A DNA stretch of 64,000 nucleotides, taken from contig JBBQSO010000024.1 of assembly GCA_038213805.1 (NCBI GenBank), positions 1 to 64,000 of the forward strand, written 5' to 3'. The position numbers and the translations under genes are program-made. The notes under the pieces are model-generated. The model ran no database searches, was not told the DNA's origin, and was given only the letters and a program-made list of their open reading frames with translations. The stretch is from Planctomycetota bacterium (lineage in GTDB: Bacteria > Planctomycetota > UBA11346). Below, piece by piece: positions 50,198 to 60,400 of the stretch (its first letter is position 1; each line of letters opens with the position of its first letter).

Positions 50198-51469
50198 ATG
50201 AACGCCCGCTTCCCCGCCGCCCTGTTCGCCCTGCCCCTGGTCGCCCTGCTGTCTGTCGCGACGGGCCAGGCCGGCGCGGCCACCGTGCCCGACCTCCTCC
50301 ATACCGTCGGCGAGACGGTGAAGGAGGAGAACGACGAGCCAGGCAACGCCGCGCGCGCCAAGGCCATCGCCGGCCTGTTCAAGGAGGAGCTCGGCCTGTC
50401 CAAGGGTGAACTGCTCGACCTGCGCCTGGCCCTGGCCGGTGCCTGGCTCGACGCCGGCAAGCTTGCCGAGTCGCGCAGCGAGCTCGCCACCGTGCTCGCC
50501 GCCAAGGAGGCCTCGCCGGCCCAACGCGAAAACGCGGGCCTGACCCAGGTCGCCGTCTGGCAGGCGGAATGGAAGCTCGCCGAGAAGCCCGCTGAGATGC
50601 CTTCGGCGCTCGCTGCGCTGGCGCCGCTCGGCGACCTCGGCAAGCGCGTCACGGCGCGCGCGCACAGCGCCGAGGCGCAGCGCCTGCTCGCGGTCAAGCA
50701 GCCGGACGGCGTGCTCGCCCATTACGACCAGGCGCTGGATCTGCTCAAGGAGCAGCCCCCGGCGGAGCGCGTGCCGCTTTACGCGTTGCGCCTGCTCGCC
50801 ATGGAGGAGCTCGGCCAGAAGCCGGACGAGGTGCAGGCGTGGCTGCAAGGCCGCGTCGCCGACCCTGCCGCGGCGCAGGTGCTGGCCTCGGCGCTGACCG
50901 CTGGCGAGAAGCTCGTCGGCCAGCCGGCGCCGGCGCTCAAGATGAAGCGCGTCGATGGCAGCGACGCCGAGATCAACCTCGCCACGTTCAAGGGCAAGCC
51001 GGTGCTGATCGACTTCTTCGCCACCTGGTGCAAGCCCTGCGCGAGCGTCGCGCCGATCGTCGCGGCGGTGGCGAAGAAGCTCGCCGAGAAGGGCGTGGTC
51101 ACCATCGGCATCACCCTCGACACCAAGGACTCGCTGCCCAACCTCGCCGGCTGGATCGCCAAGAACGGCATCGACTACCCGGTCGTTGGCGACGGCCTGG
51201 GCTGGGACAGCGAGGTCGACGATGCGTGGCACGTCGACGGCATTCCGGCGCTGATCCTGGTCGCCGCCGACGGCACCATCGCCGCGAACGACCTGATGGG
51301 CGCCACCGTCGAGGAGACGGTGCGCAACATCGAGGCCGCGCTGGATGGGGCTAAGCATCCGCGGGCGCCGGACGCCGCGCACCCGGGCGGCGGGGCGAAG
51401 CCCGTTCTCCCCGCCCCAGCGCCCGCGCTTCCTCCCACCGGCAAGCCGGATCCCGGATTCGTGCCGTGA
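50198..51469 (+). CDS. Exported TlpA-family thiol-disulfide oxidoreductase with helical (TPR-like) N-terminal region
   Basis: Signal peptide; GKPVLIDFFATWCKPC; GIP. Confidence 0.88.
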   Translation: MNARFPAALFALPLVALLSVATGQAGAATVPDLLHTVGETVKEENDEPGNAARAKAIAGLFKEELGLSKGELLDLRLALAGAWLDAGKLAESRSELATVLAAKEASPAQRENAGLTQVAVWQAEWKLAEKPAEMPSALAALAPLGDLGKRVTARAHSAEAQRLLAVKQPDGVLAHYDQALDLLKEQPPAERVPLYALRLLAMEELGQKPDEVQAWLQGRVADPAAAQVLASALTAGEKLVGQPAPALKMKRVDGSDAEINLATFKGKPVLIDFFATWCKPCASVAPIVAAVAKKLAEKGVVTIGITLDTKDSLPNLAGWIAKNGIDYPVVGDGLGWDSEVDDAWHVDGIPALILVAADGTIAANDLMGATVEETVRNIEAALDGAKHPRAPDAAHPGGGAKPVLPAPAPALPPTGKPDPGFVP

Positions 51470-52167
51470 GCGGCCCGCAGCTGCGCACCGGGCTGGGCCT
51501 GGCCGGCGTTCGTGCGGGCTTCAGTCTGCTCCGCACCCTGCTCGCGCTGGCGGTGGTCGCAGCGCTCGGCCTGCTGACCTGGACCACGTTGGTGAACTGG
51601 CGCGCCACCGGCACCTTGACCTTCCATCCCTTCGACGCTGCCTGGTGGGCGGCGCGTCCGGCGCCGACCGACCGCGCGCTCAACGACCCGGGTGGCAGCG
51701 CCCTTGACGGCGCTCGCTCGCTGGCGGCCCAGGCCAAGGAGAAGCTGTGGGGACCGGGCGGTGTGGTCGAGCAGGTTGAAACCTGGTGGGGCCGCGGAGC
51801 TGCCGCGACCGCAGCTGCACCCGGCGCAGCTGCGCCCGCGCCGATCGCAGTCGCCCCGGCGGGTGGCGCGAGGCCGGGGGTGGATCGCGCCACCCTCGAG
51901 CGTCAGCTGGCCTACGCCCAGGTCAGCTTCCGCTCCGGCCTTGACGCCTTCAAGCGCGGCGCGCCCGCGGCCGCGCCCACCGTCGCCGTGCAGCGCGCCG
52001 CCCTGGCCGAGGCGCGCACGCACTTCCAACACGCCCACGACCTGCTCGCCCAGGACATCCCCGCCTACGCCGCACTCGGCGACCACGACCCGCGCGTGCT
52101 CGAGAACGCCCGCCAGCTGCTTGACTACGACGAGCAGTTGCTGGCGCTGGCCGTACCGCCGCGCTGA
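51466..52167 (+). CDS. Hypothetical membrane-anchored protein
   Basis: GTGA overlap with TlpA; N-terminal TM. Confidence 0.65.
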   Translation: MSGPQLRTGLGLAGVRAGFSLLRTLLALAVVAALGLLTWTTLVNWRATGTLTFHPFDAAWWAARPAPTDRALNDPGGSALDGARSLAAQAKEKLWGPGGVVEQVETWWGRGAAATAAAPGAAAPAPIAVAPAGGARPGVDRATLERQLAYAQVSFRSGLDAFKRGAPAAAPTVAVQRAALAEARTHFQHAHDLLAQDIPAYAALGDHDPRVLENARQLLDYDEQLLALAVPPR

Positions 52168-52262
52168 CCCGACCTTCATCCCCGCTTCACATGCGCGTGG
52201 ACCATGCCCGCGGTCCACGGCTGCGCGCCGCCGCCCACACCGGTGGAGCGTCGCTGAACGAC

Positions 52263-52292
52263 TCCCGGCAGGTGACTGCCGGGATTTTTTTT
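52263..52292 (+). terminator. Rho-independent terminator
   Basis: TCCCGGCAG-GTGA-CTGCCGGGA followed by T8. Confidence 0.88.
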
Positions 52293-52510
52293 GGCCCCTC
52301 GGCGCGCTCAGTGGGTGAAGTCCGGGCAAGGGGCGACCGCTGAGCGGCCCTCCATCACCGAGTCCCCTCCGATTCCCTGCGACCCCTGGCACCGCCGTCC
52401 AACTCCATCAGTTTGCGATCGCCGTCATTGCCGTCATCGCCGCATGAGAGCGCCGCACCGCAGATGTGCAGCAGGCCATTGCGCATGGCATGTGCGGAAG
52501 AAGCTGACCA

Positions 52511-53110
52511 ATGCCCTGGCAGAGGAAATTCTCCGCCGGCAGCACGCTGAGTCAGAAAACGTCAGCTCTAACGCACCTCGCCTCTACCGGCGCTCCGGCT
52601 GATGTGGTGATCGAGAACGCCTCGCTGGGCGCCCAGGTCGCAGACCTAATCGAGAAGCTGCAGGTCATGACATCCCGCATGGCCCGGATGACTCGCCGCG
52701 TCTTCGGCGCCTCGAGCGAGACGCACTATCCGGACCAACGGCACCTCGACGAGATCAGGCGCCAGATTGGAGTCGAGAATGACCTGCGACCGGATGACGC
52801 GACCGCCGCCACGGTGGTGAGTGCCGGTTCGACGGCCATGACCACTGGAGCATCGCCTTCTGGTGCGGTGGTACCGGCACCGGCCAAGCCACGCACCAAG
52901 CGCCGCGGGCGGCTTTTGCTCCCCGATACCCTGTCCTTGGAGGAGCGCTTCAGTGAACTGGCTGAGTCCGAGCGCCTTGGCCCACACGGGAAGCCGCTGC
53001 CGCAGATCGGCACTCAATTTGTTGATACGTTGGACCACTTCCCTGTCTGGTTTCGGCGCCTACGTCCACACACCCGGGATCTCCTCGGACCAGGTCGGAT
53101 GACTGGCTAA
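52511..53110 (+). pseudogene. IS66-family TnpC N-terminal remnant
   Basis: RRVFGASSE, KRRGRLLLPDTL, LPQIG..DTLDHFP; truncated. Confidence 0.65.
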
Positions 53111-53119
53111 GTAGGATGA

Positions 53120-53245
53120 TGGTTTGCATCCCGGTCTTTCCATCTTCGCAGAGAACCAAGGCATTCTCCCATGGTTTCATGTAAAGCCCGACCACTCCCA
53201 AGAGCTTGCCTGCACATTCCGGGTCGGGACAGAATCGACTCAACA
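53120..53245 (-). pseudogene. IS630-family transposase remnant
   Basis: DPECAGKLLGVVGLYMKPWENALVLCEDGKTGMQ resembles DPxFxxK..VVGLYLxPPENALVLCVDEKxxIQ. Confidence 0.7.
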
Positions 53246-53474
53246 CTGAAGGCCCCAACCATGCGGACGCCTAATGCATGGGTAGCAGGCCGGCCGACTA
53301 CGCGCGGCACGCCGCCACGCGGTACCCTGATCACATCGAGGCAGGCGGATTGACCGTAAGGATTCGCGGGATGTTCGAGTATCGTAATGGTCCGTTCACG
53401 GTTGCTTATGCCAGGAATCGCACTCGAAGCGGGTGTCGACGCCGGTAAGCTCCCATCCGTCCGCTGGAGACTGC

Positions 53475-54005
53475 GTGGAATCAGATCACCGACGCGAAGT
53501 CATGAAGCTGGCCATCGAGCATCGCGCCCAGATTTGGGGATTGCTACTCGGCCTGACCAAGGACCCGAACAAGGCCGAGGATGTGTTCCAGAACACCTAC
53601 CTGATCCTGTGTGAGAAATGGCAGCAGTACCAGCCGGGGACGAACTTCCTGGCCTGGGCCCGCACCATCGCGCGCTATGAATTCCTGGCCTCCGTCGATC
53701 CAGCCCGCCATCGCCTGATCGCCGTCGAAGCCGAGGTGCTGGAGTCCGCCCTGGAAGCCGCCCACCATGGCCCCGTCGAAGTCTCAGCCCAACGAGAAGC
53801 GCTGAACCGCTGCCTCCCTGCGCTCAATCAGCGTGGACGCAGCGCCATCGAACTGCGCTACGGCGAAGGCCTGGACTGCGGTGCGGTGGCACAACGCCTG
53901 GGCATGACCCTCAACGCCCTGTATGTCCTCCTGACGCGGACGCGGCAGGCGCTGTTGCAGTGCGTGGACAAGCGTCTGCACGCCGAGCGGGGCGCACATG
54001 GATAG
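53475..54005 (+). CDS. ECF sigma-70 factor (Rhodopirellula/Verrucomicrobium type)
   Basis: AEDVFQNT, YQPGTNFLAWARTIAR, ALNRCL, NALYVLLTRTRQALLQC; GGAG plus GTG start. Confidence 0.9.
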   Translation: MESDHRREVMKLAIEHRAQIWGLLLGLTKDPNKAEDVFQNTYLILCEKWQQYQPGTNFLAWARTIARYEFLASVDPARHRLIAVEAEVLESALEAAHHGPVEVSAQREALNRCLPALNQRGRSAIELRYGEGLDCGAVAQRLGMTLNALYVLLTRTRQALLQCVDKRLHAERGAHG

Positions 54006-55503
54006 GCTGCTGGCGGAGGAGATCGAGCGCTACCTGGGCGGAAGCCTGTCGGATGCCGAGCTGGAAACGTTCCTCGTGCGCCTGCGCAATGATCCGGATA
54101 GCAGGATCCATCTCGGTCGACTCCTCATCCAGCAGAGCCTGCTGGTGGATTGTCTGCGTCTGCGTGCGGCCAATGACGGCAGTGCCGACATGGAAAGGTT
54201 CTCCCGCCCCGACCTTGACCTCCCGGCATCGGCGTCGCGACCGCAACGGTGGCGTTCATCGCGATGGCTCACCGCACGGCCGAGGGCATCCCGCATCCTG
54301 TGGGCGGCGGCACTGGTTATCACCATCGGCCTGTTCGCGACGGGGCTCAGACAGGCGCTGCGAGCGGAGCCGTTTGCCACCGTGACCAGGAGCGCCGCCG
54401 CCGCCTTCAGTGTCGCACGCGGTGGGAACGAGGTCGCATCTCCCCAGGAACTGAACCTGGGTGAGGTGCTGACGGTCTCGTCCGGCAGGCTGCTCGTCAC
54501 CTTCAGCGGGGAGCCGACCACGCTCGACATCGAGGCACCGGGCTCCCTCAGCATCGTCGACCAGGGCAAGGGCAGGCGCATCACCATAACGCGCGGGACC
54601 ATCACCGCCGAGGTCGCGCCGCAACTGCATGGAGCGCTACTGCTCGCGACGCCAACGGCCCGCATCACCGTGCTGGGCACCCGCTTGACTGTTGTGGCGG
54701 GCAGCGATGAGACCTATGTGTCCGTGGCCCACGGCGCGATCGAGGTCGCCCATGAGGACGGGGTCGCCACGCGCGTGGCAGCCGACCAGTATGCCATGGT
54801 GCGGGCAGGGACGGAGGTGGTTGCGCGCGCCCAAGTTCCCGGTGCCGAGCTCAATCGTGGCTTGATCGGGTACTGGCCGATGGATGAGGGCTCCGGCGAG
54901 GTGGTCCATGACGCGTCGGGCCATGGCAGCGACGGCCGTCTGATGAACGCCTCCTGGAGCGCGGGCCGGTTCGGAGCCGCGCTTGCCTTCAATGGCCAGT
55001 TCGGTGGTGATAAAGTCGATCTCGGACCCCACTCCCTCCGACCAATTTTAGGCCTAACCGTCAGCGCCTGGGTGAAGACCTCCTCACTTCGTTTCGGAAC
55101 GGTTTTCGGCAGCAGTTTCACCATCGGCGCGGGAGCCAGCACCCTCGGCATCCCGGAATCCGTGTTGCCGGGCGCCGACGCGCATGCCGGATACGTGAAT
55201 TTTCTGGAGGCCGGCAACGCCCAGAAGAGCCTCGATTCCAGACACCGGATCAACGACGGCACCTGGCACCATGTCGCCTGGCGCTTCTCTGCCGCTGACG
55301 GGGAGCGTGCGATTTTCATCGATGGCCTCGTGGATGCCAGGGAACGTGATTCCATCCAGCATGAGCGGTCCTGGGACGGGCAATGGGTCATCGGAGCGGC
55401 CAGCGATCGCCTGGTATGGAATTTCGAAGGACTCATCGATGAGGTGCGTCTGTATGACCGCCCCCTGGGTGACGGAGAAATCCGGAGATTATCAGGGAAT
55501 TGA
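53998..55503 (+). CDS. FecR-domain anti-sigma factor with C-terminal LamG/ConA domain
   Basis: TPTARITVLGT; GLIGYWPMDEGSG, TVSAWVK, WHHVA, FEGLIDEVRLYDRPL. Confidence 0.88.
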   Translation: MDRLLAEEIERYLGGSLSDAELETFLVRLRNDPDSRIHLGRLLIQQSLLVDCLRLRAANDGSADMERFSRPDLDLPASASRPQRWRSSRWLTARPRASRILWAAALVITIGLFATGLRQALRAEPFATVTRSAAAAFSVARGGNEVASPQELNLGEVLTVSSGRLLVTFSGEPTTLDIEAPGSLSIVDQGKGRRITITRGTITAEVAPQLHGALLLATPTARITVLGTRLTVVAGSDETYVSVAHGAIEVAHEDGVATRVAADQYAMVRAGTEVVARAQVPGAELNRGLIGYWPMDEGSGEVVHDASGHGSDGRLMNASWSAGRFGAALAFNGQFGGDKVDLGPHSLRPILGLTVSAWVKTSSLRFGTVFGSSFTIGAGASTLGIPESVLPGADAHAGYVNFLEAGNAQKSLDSRHRINDGTWHHVAWRFSAADGERAIFIDGLVDARERDSIQHERSWDGQWVIGAASDRLVWNFEGLIDEVRLYDRPLGDGEIRRLSGN

Positions 55504-55657
55504 CGACAGCCTGATCCTGGATCAGGAATCCGCTGAGGTTGATCCGCAAGGTCTCCCGGTGCCACTCAAGAGAGGGCGCTGCGTACTCGCCCTGTAAGGA
55601 ATCGCGTCGCCGCCGAGTCTGTGGTGGTCACGCCCCAGACCATGCGGAAACCCTGCT

Positions 55658-57184
55658 ATGCAGCCTACGAGCAGCCCATGCGGGCGTCAGCGGATCGGCT
55701 CGACCATTCCGGCCGTCAGCCAACACGTTTGGAGTGTCCGCCCCAGCGCCCCGGGCGGGGCATGGGATCATCGCAGCCGGGGGCAGGGGCATGCATCGTC
55801 ACTCCGGCATTCGTGGTTGTTCTGCCAGATCGTGCTCCTGGCCTGCGCCCTGTTCCTCGCTCCGTTGCATGCAGCGGCGGTGACCGAGGGCCGACAGCAC
55901 GGCCGCATCGACAAGAGCCGCCCCCTGCGCCTGCTCTGCTTGGGCGATTCGATCACCACGGGCTGGGCCTACGACAATGCCTATCGCCTGCTCCTCCAGG
56001 AACAGCTGCAGACGGCGGGCTACACCATCAGCTATGTCGGAACCCGCATGGACCATGGCGGCACCCTGCATGATGGTTGGCCCGGCTACCAGATGATCAA
56101 GGCCAGCGCGCCAGCGGGGACGGATCAGGATTCAATGGCCTCCGACAGCATCTCCGTCAGTGCTGAGCAGCAGATCTACGGCACGGTGATCGTCAAGGCC
56201 ATGGCGACCGATCCCGATGTCGTCCTGCTGATGATCGGGGTCAACGACCTCTTCTATCCTGACTATCTCAACCCGCAGCAGCGCGGTCGCGAATTTGCGC
56301 TGGTGCTCGACCAGATCCTGGGACTCAAGCCGACCGTGTCGGTCATCATCGCTCCCATCACCTACCGCCGCGGGGCGGTCGACCCCGGCCAGTGCGATGC
56401 GGTCAGCGTGGCGATGAGTGCGGTGGTTGCTGAACGGGCTGCGGCGGGCAAGAATGTCCGTTGGGCGCCCAATGCCGGTGGCGGAACCGGCGGTTCCATA
56501 ACCCAGAGTGATTTCGATCTCCCAGACGGTGTCCATCCGGCCAGCGCGGATGCGTATCGCCGCATCGCAAACGGCTTTTTCAACGCCATCGTCGAAGGCA
56601 CCGCCGGCACTGCTGCGACCGCTCCGACGCTTGGCTTCGCAAAGGCCGGCGGCATGACTGCCGGACGCTGGCCGGGAAGCCTGCCGCTGGAAGTGGACAT
56701 CGCCGGTCACGGCACCCTGACCTGCCGCTGGTCCCAGGTCGCTGGGCCGGGAAAGGCGACGTTTGCTCCGGCCGACCAGCCCCGCACCGTCCTGGGGTTC
56801 GATCGCAGTGGCACCTATCAGGTGCGACTCACGGTCACCAGCGAGTCGGGCCTGCACGTGAGCAGGGATATCGCGGTAGAGATGAACGAGTATCCGACTG
56901 GACTCGTCGCCGATCCGGGCCCAGGGACGTTGACCCTGCACTGGAATCGGCTGACGCCACCCGCTGATCCTGCCGTCGTCACCACTTTCCGCGTCAGCTA
57001 CGGCCTGTTGCCTGCAGGTCCATACCCGGTGGTGATCGAGAAGGTGCACCCCCCGGTAACGATCAGCGGGTTGAGCGAGGGTGTCACGTACTACCTGGTG
57101 GTGACACCGGTCCATTCATTGCCGTATCGGTCTTGGGACGGAGCGGCCAGCGAACCGGTGCCGGGCATTCCGGGTCGCAAGTGA
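55658..57184 (+). CDS. Secreted SGNH/GDSL esterase with PKD-like and FN3 domains (true start likely downstream)
   Basis: GDSIT, HDGWPG, IGVND, DGVHP; WSQVAGPG..GTYQVRLTVT; FN3. Confidence 0.82.
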   Translation: MQPTSSPCGRQRIGSTIPAVSQHVWSVRPSAPGGAWDHRSRGQGHASSLRHSWLFCQIVLLACALFLAPLHAAAVTEGRQHGRIDKSRPLRLLCLGDSITTGWAYDNAYRLLLQEQLQTAGYTISYVGTRMDHGGTLHDGWPGYQMIKASAPAGTDQDSMASDSISVSAEQQIYGTVIVKAMATDPDVVLLMIGVNDLFYPDYLNPQQRGREFALVLDQILGLKPTVSVIIAPITYRRGAVDPGQCDAVSVAMSAVVAERAAAGKNVRWAPNAGGGTGGSITQSDFDLPDGVHPASADAYRRIANGFFNAIVEGTAGTAATAPTLGFAKAGGMTAGRWPGSLPLEVDIAGHGTLTCRWSQVAGPGKATFAPADQPRTVLGFDRSGTYQVRLTVTSESGLHVSRDIAVEMNEYPTGLVADPGPGTLTLHWNRLTPPADPAVVTTFRVSYGLLPAGPYPVVIEKVHPPVTISGLSEGVTYYLVVTPVHSLPYRSWDGAASEPVPGIPGRK

Positions 57185-57467
57185 GGTGATCGGCCGGCCG
57201 GGCTTGCTCGTGCGAGTTTCCCGGGTGAACGGGCCGAGGACCGGCAGGTGTTCCAAATGATATCGCAGGTGCACCACCGGAGGACAAACCGGACGCCACT
57301 AGGAAGGGTCGTTCCTGTCAGCACCTGCCGGCGAACGGATGAACGATTCCGCACGCCCCCGGGGTGGCCTCAGCCGACAGTCTGGAGCCTGGTTTTCCTG
57401 TAAGGACCATTGGGTCCGCCGAGTTCAGCTAGCGACCAACGAGTCACGGCGCGACGGAGAGCCAGAC

Positions 57468-60400
57468 ATGACCCAGTACATTCGCTCCAACCACCAGGAT
57501 ATCCTGCGCTATCCGCCGTATGCGGCGCTGCTTACCAGGTGGAGCCTCTCGGCGTGGGCGCGTATCGCCTGCTGCGCGCGCCTCCAACGGGGCCGTGTGC
57601 TGCTGGTGGGATTGACGGTGGTTGCCGGCCGACGCGGGCGGCTGCTGCGCCTTGCGGTCCTGATGCTGGCATGGGCATCGCTATTGATTGGAGCGGAACC
57701 GAACATCGACGGCCTGACCACCATCAGGATCATGCCGCTGGGCGACTCCATCACGGCGGGATATGGCGCGGATGTGGGCGGTTATCGCGAACAGCTGAAA
57801 AACCGCTTGGCCAGCGCCGGCTATAATGCCGTCTTCGTGGGCAGCCAGTCCACCTTCAATCTGACCTCCGACCCCAGCTTGGCACACGAAGGCCACAGCG
57901 GGTGGACGATTCCGCAGATCACCAGCATCGTCACCGGCAGCTTCAGCTTGAACTCGACCAGCGCCAACCAGGTAATCACCACTGCGAATCCAGACGTGGT
58001 GATGCTGATGATCGGTACCAACGACATGCTCGGCTCCAATGGCATGGGCATCGATCCCAACCTCTACCGGCAGCTTTTGGATGCGATCTACGTGCAGAAG
58101 CCAACCGTCAGGGTCATTGTCATGCCCTTTATCTACTGTTCGATCTTCGCCGATGTGCAAGGGGACAATGTCAATTACGGCGGACGCGACATCCGCTTCA
58201 TCAACAGTCAGAACGTCGTGGTTGCCCGTCTGGACGGAGGGCTGGTCCAGATCATCACTGGCTACCAGCGCGCTGGCAGGCGGATCAGCTTCTATGATGG
58301 TTTGAACCTGGTGGTCACTCCGGCGAACTGCCACGACACCGCGGTGCTGACCGATGGCGTGCATCCGACCGCCGGTACCTATGAGGCGATGGGCAATGCG
58401 CTGGTGCGGGCCATCCAGGATGTCTCCAGCGGGGTCTTGGACGGCAGCGTGCTTGCGACCATGCCGAGCGGCCTGATCGCCACCGCGAATGGGGCAGGCT
58501 TCGATCTCGCCTGGACGCGCAACAGCGCGAACGAGACCGGCTTCCAGATCGACGCCACCAGCGATCCGGCTTTCCAGAACGGCATCACCACCGTCACGGC
58601 GCCGGCGGGCAGCAATGGTGCGAGCATCACCGGGCTCCTGGCCAATACGCACTATTACCTGCGCATCCGCGCAGTGGACGCAGCCGGCGCTTCAGCCAAC
58701 ACCACGCCCAGTGAGGCCACCACCGGGACTGGCGGCAGCAGTGTGCTATCGACGCCCGCATTCTCGCCTGACGGAGGCACCTACACCTCGACCCAGGCGG
58801 TCACGCTCAGCTGCGCAACCGTCGGCGCCGCCATCCACTTCACGATCGACGGCTCGACCCCGACGGCCGCGTCGACAACCTACAGCGGTGCGATCAGCGT
58901 GCCGAGCACGACGACGATCAAGGCGGTCGCTACGGCGTCGGGACTGAGCGCCAGCGCGGTGGCGAGCGCTACCTACACGATCGCGGCCCCGGCGACGGTG
59001 CCGACGCCGGTGATCTCGCCTGGCGGAGGCACCTACACCTCGACGCAGGCGGTCACGCTTAGCTGCTCCACCGGCGGTGCGGCCATCCATTTCACAATCG
59101 ACGGCACGACCCCGACGGGCTCGTCGCCGACGTACACCAGCGCGATCAACGTGGCGAGTACGACGACGATCAAGGCGATCGCTACGGCGTCGGGGATGAG
59201 CGCCAGCGCGGTGGCGAGCGCGACCTACACCATCACCGCCGGCTCTGGGCTGGCGTCAGTGACAGGCTTGCAGGCCAGTGGCGAGGCCTCGACCCAAATC
59301 AACGCAACGTGGACCAACCCCGGCGGCGCCACCGCGGTGGAGGTGCAGTACGACACCGATCCGGGGTACCCCGCTCCCACGAGCCTGATCCTTGGCGCCA
59401 CCACCGACCATGTCCAGATTGCGCACCTGACGCCATCGATGACCTACTTCCTGCGGGTGCGCTGTACCAACGGCGCCTCATCCTCGGCGTGGGTCGGCGC
59501 TTCCGTCGCCACGCTCGCTCTGGTCGACCTGGTCATGGTCGGCGATTCCATCACCTACGGTTGGGGCTATGCCAGCAGTGGCAGGAACACGGTCGGCAAG
59601 GGCATCCCCGGCGACCAGTCGGGCAATGCGAGCCAGCGCTTCTTTGCCGATGTCATCACCTTGCGTCCTCGGCTGGTCACCATCATGATCGGCACCAATG
59701 ACATCGCCAATGGCGTGACCGTGCCCACCATCGAATCCAACCTCACTGCGATGGTGCAGACGGCCAGGAGCAACGGCATCGGAGTCATTCTCGGCACCGT
59801 GCCGCCGGCGGGAAATACAACTGTCCGCCCGACGGGCCTGATCGACGCCCTGAATGACTGGATTGCCACCTATGCCGCTTCCCAGGGACTGCGGGTGGCC
59901 GACTACCATGCGGCGATGTGGCCGTACAACGCTGGCGATTTCGGCGACGGCCTGCATCCGAGCACCCAAGGTTACGCCAAGATGTCGGCGGTCCTGGACG
60001 CGGTGCTGCCATTGGCCCTTGCCGATCAGGGCAGTGGCTATGGCAGTGCTCCGGCCGATCCAACAGCCTATCCGAACGGCGATGGCGCCCTCAGCGGGGT
60101 GCCCTTCGGAGATGGCAGCGCGCCTCCTGAATATGCCTGGGATGGTAATCCCAACACCATGTACGAGAGCGGCAGCGACAGTGGCTCGAATGGCTACACC
60201 GGACTCGATCTCGGCGCACCGAAGCGTATCACCGGCTACCGCTTCCTGGCGAACCAGGACCCCGTGAACCGCTTGTACCGCCGCAGCTTCGGCGCACGAC
60301 TGCAAGGCTCGAACAGCAGCGCGACCACCGGGTTCATCGACATCGCCCTGGTTTCGCTGGTACCGTTCTCAAATCGCACGGTCGCATACGGCATCACCGA

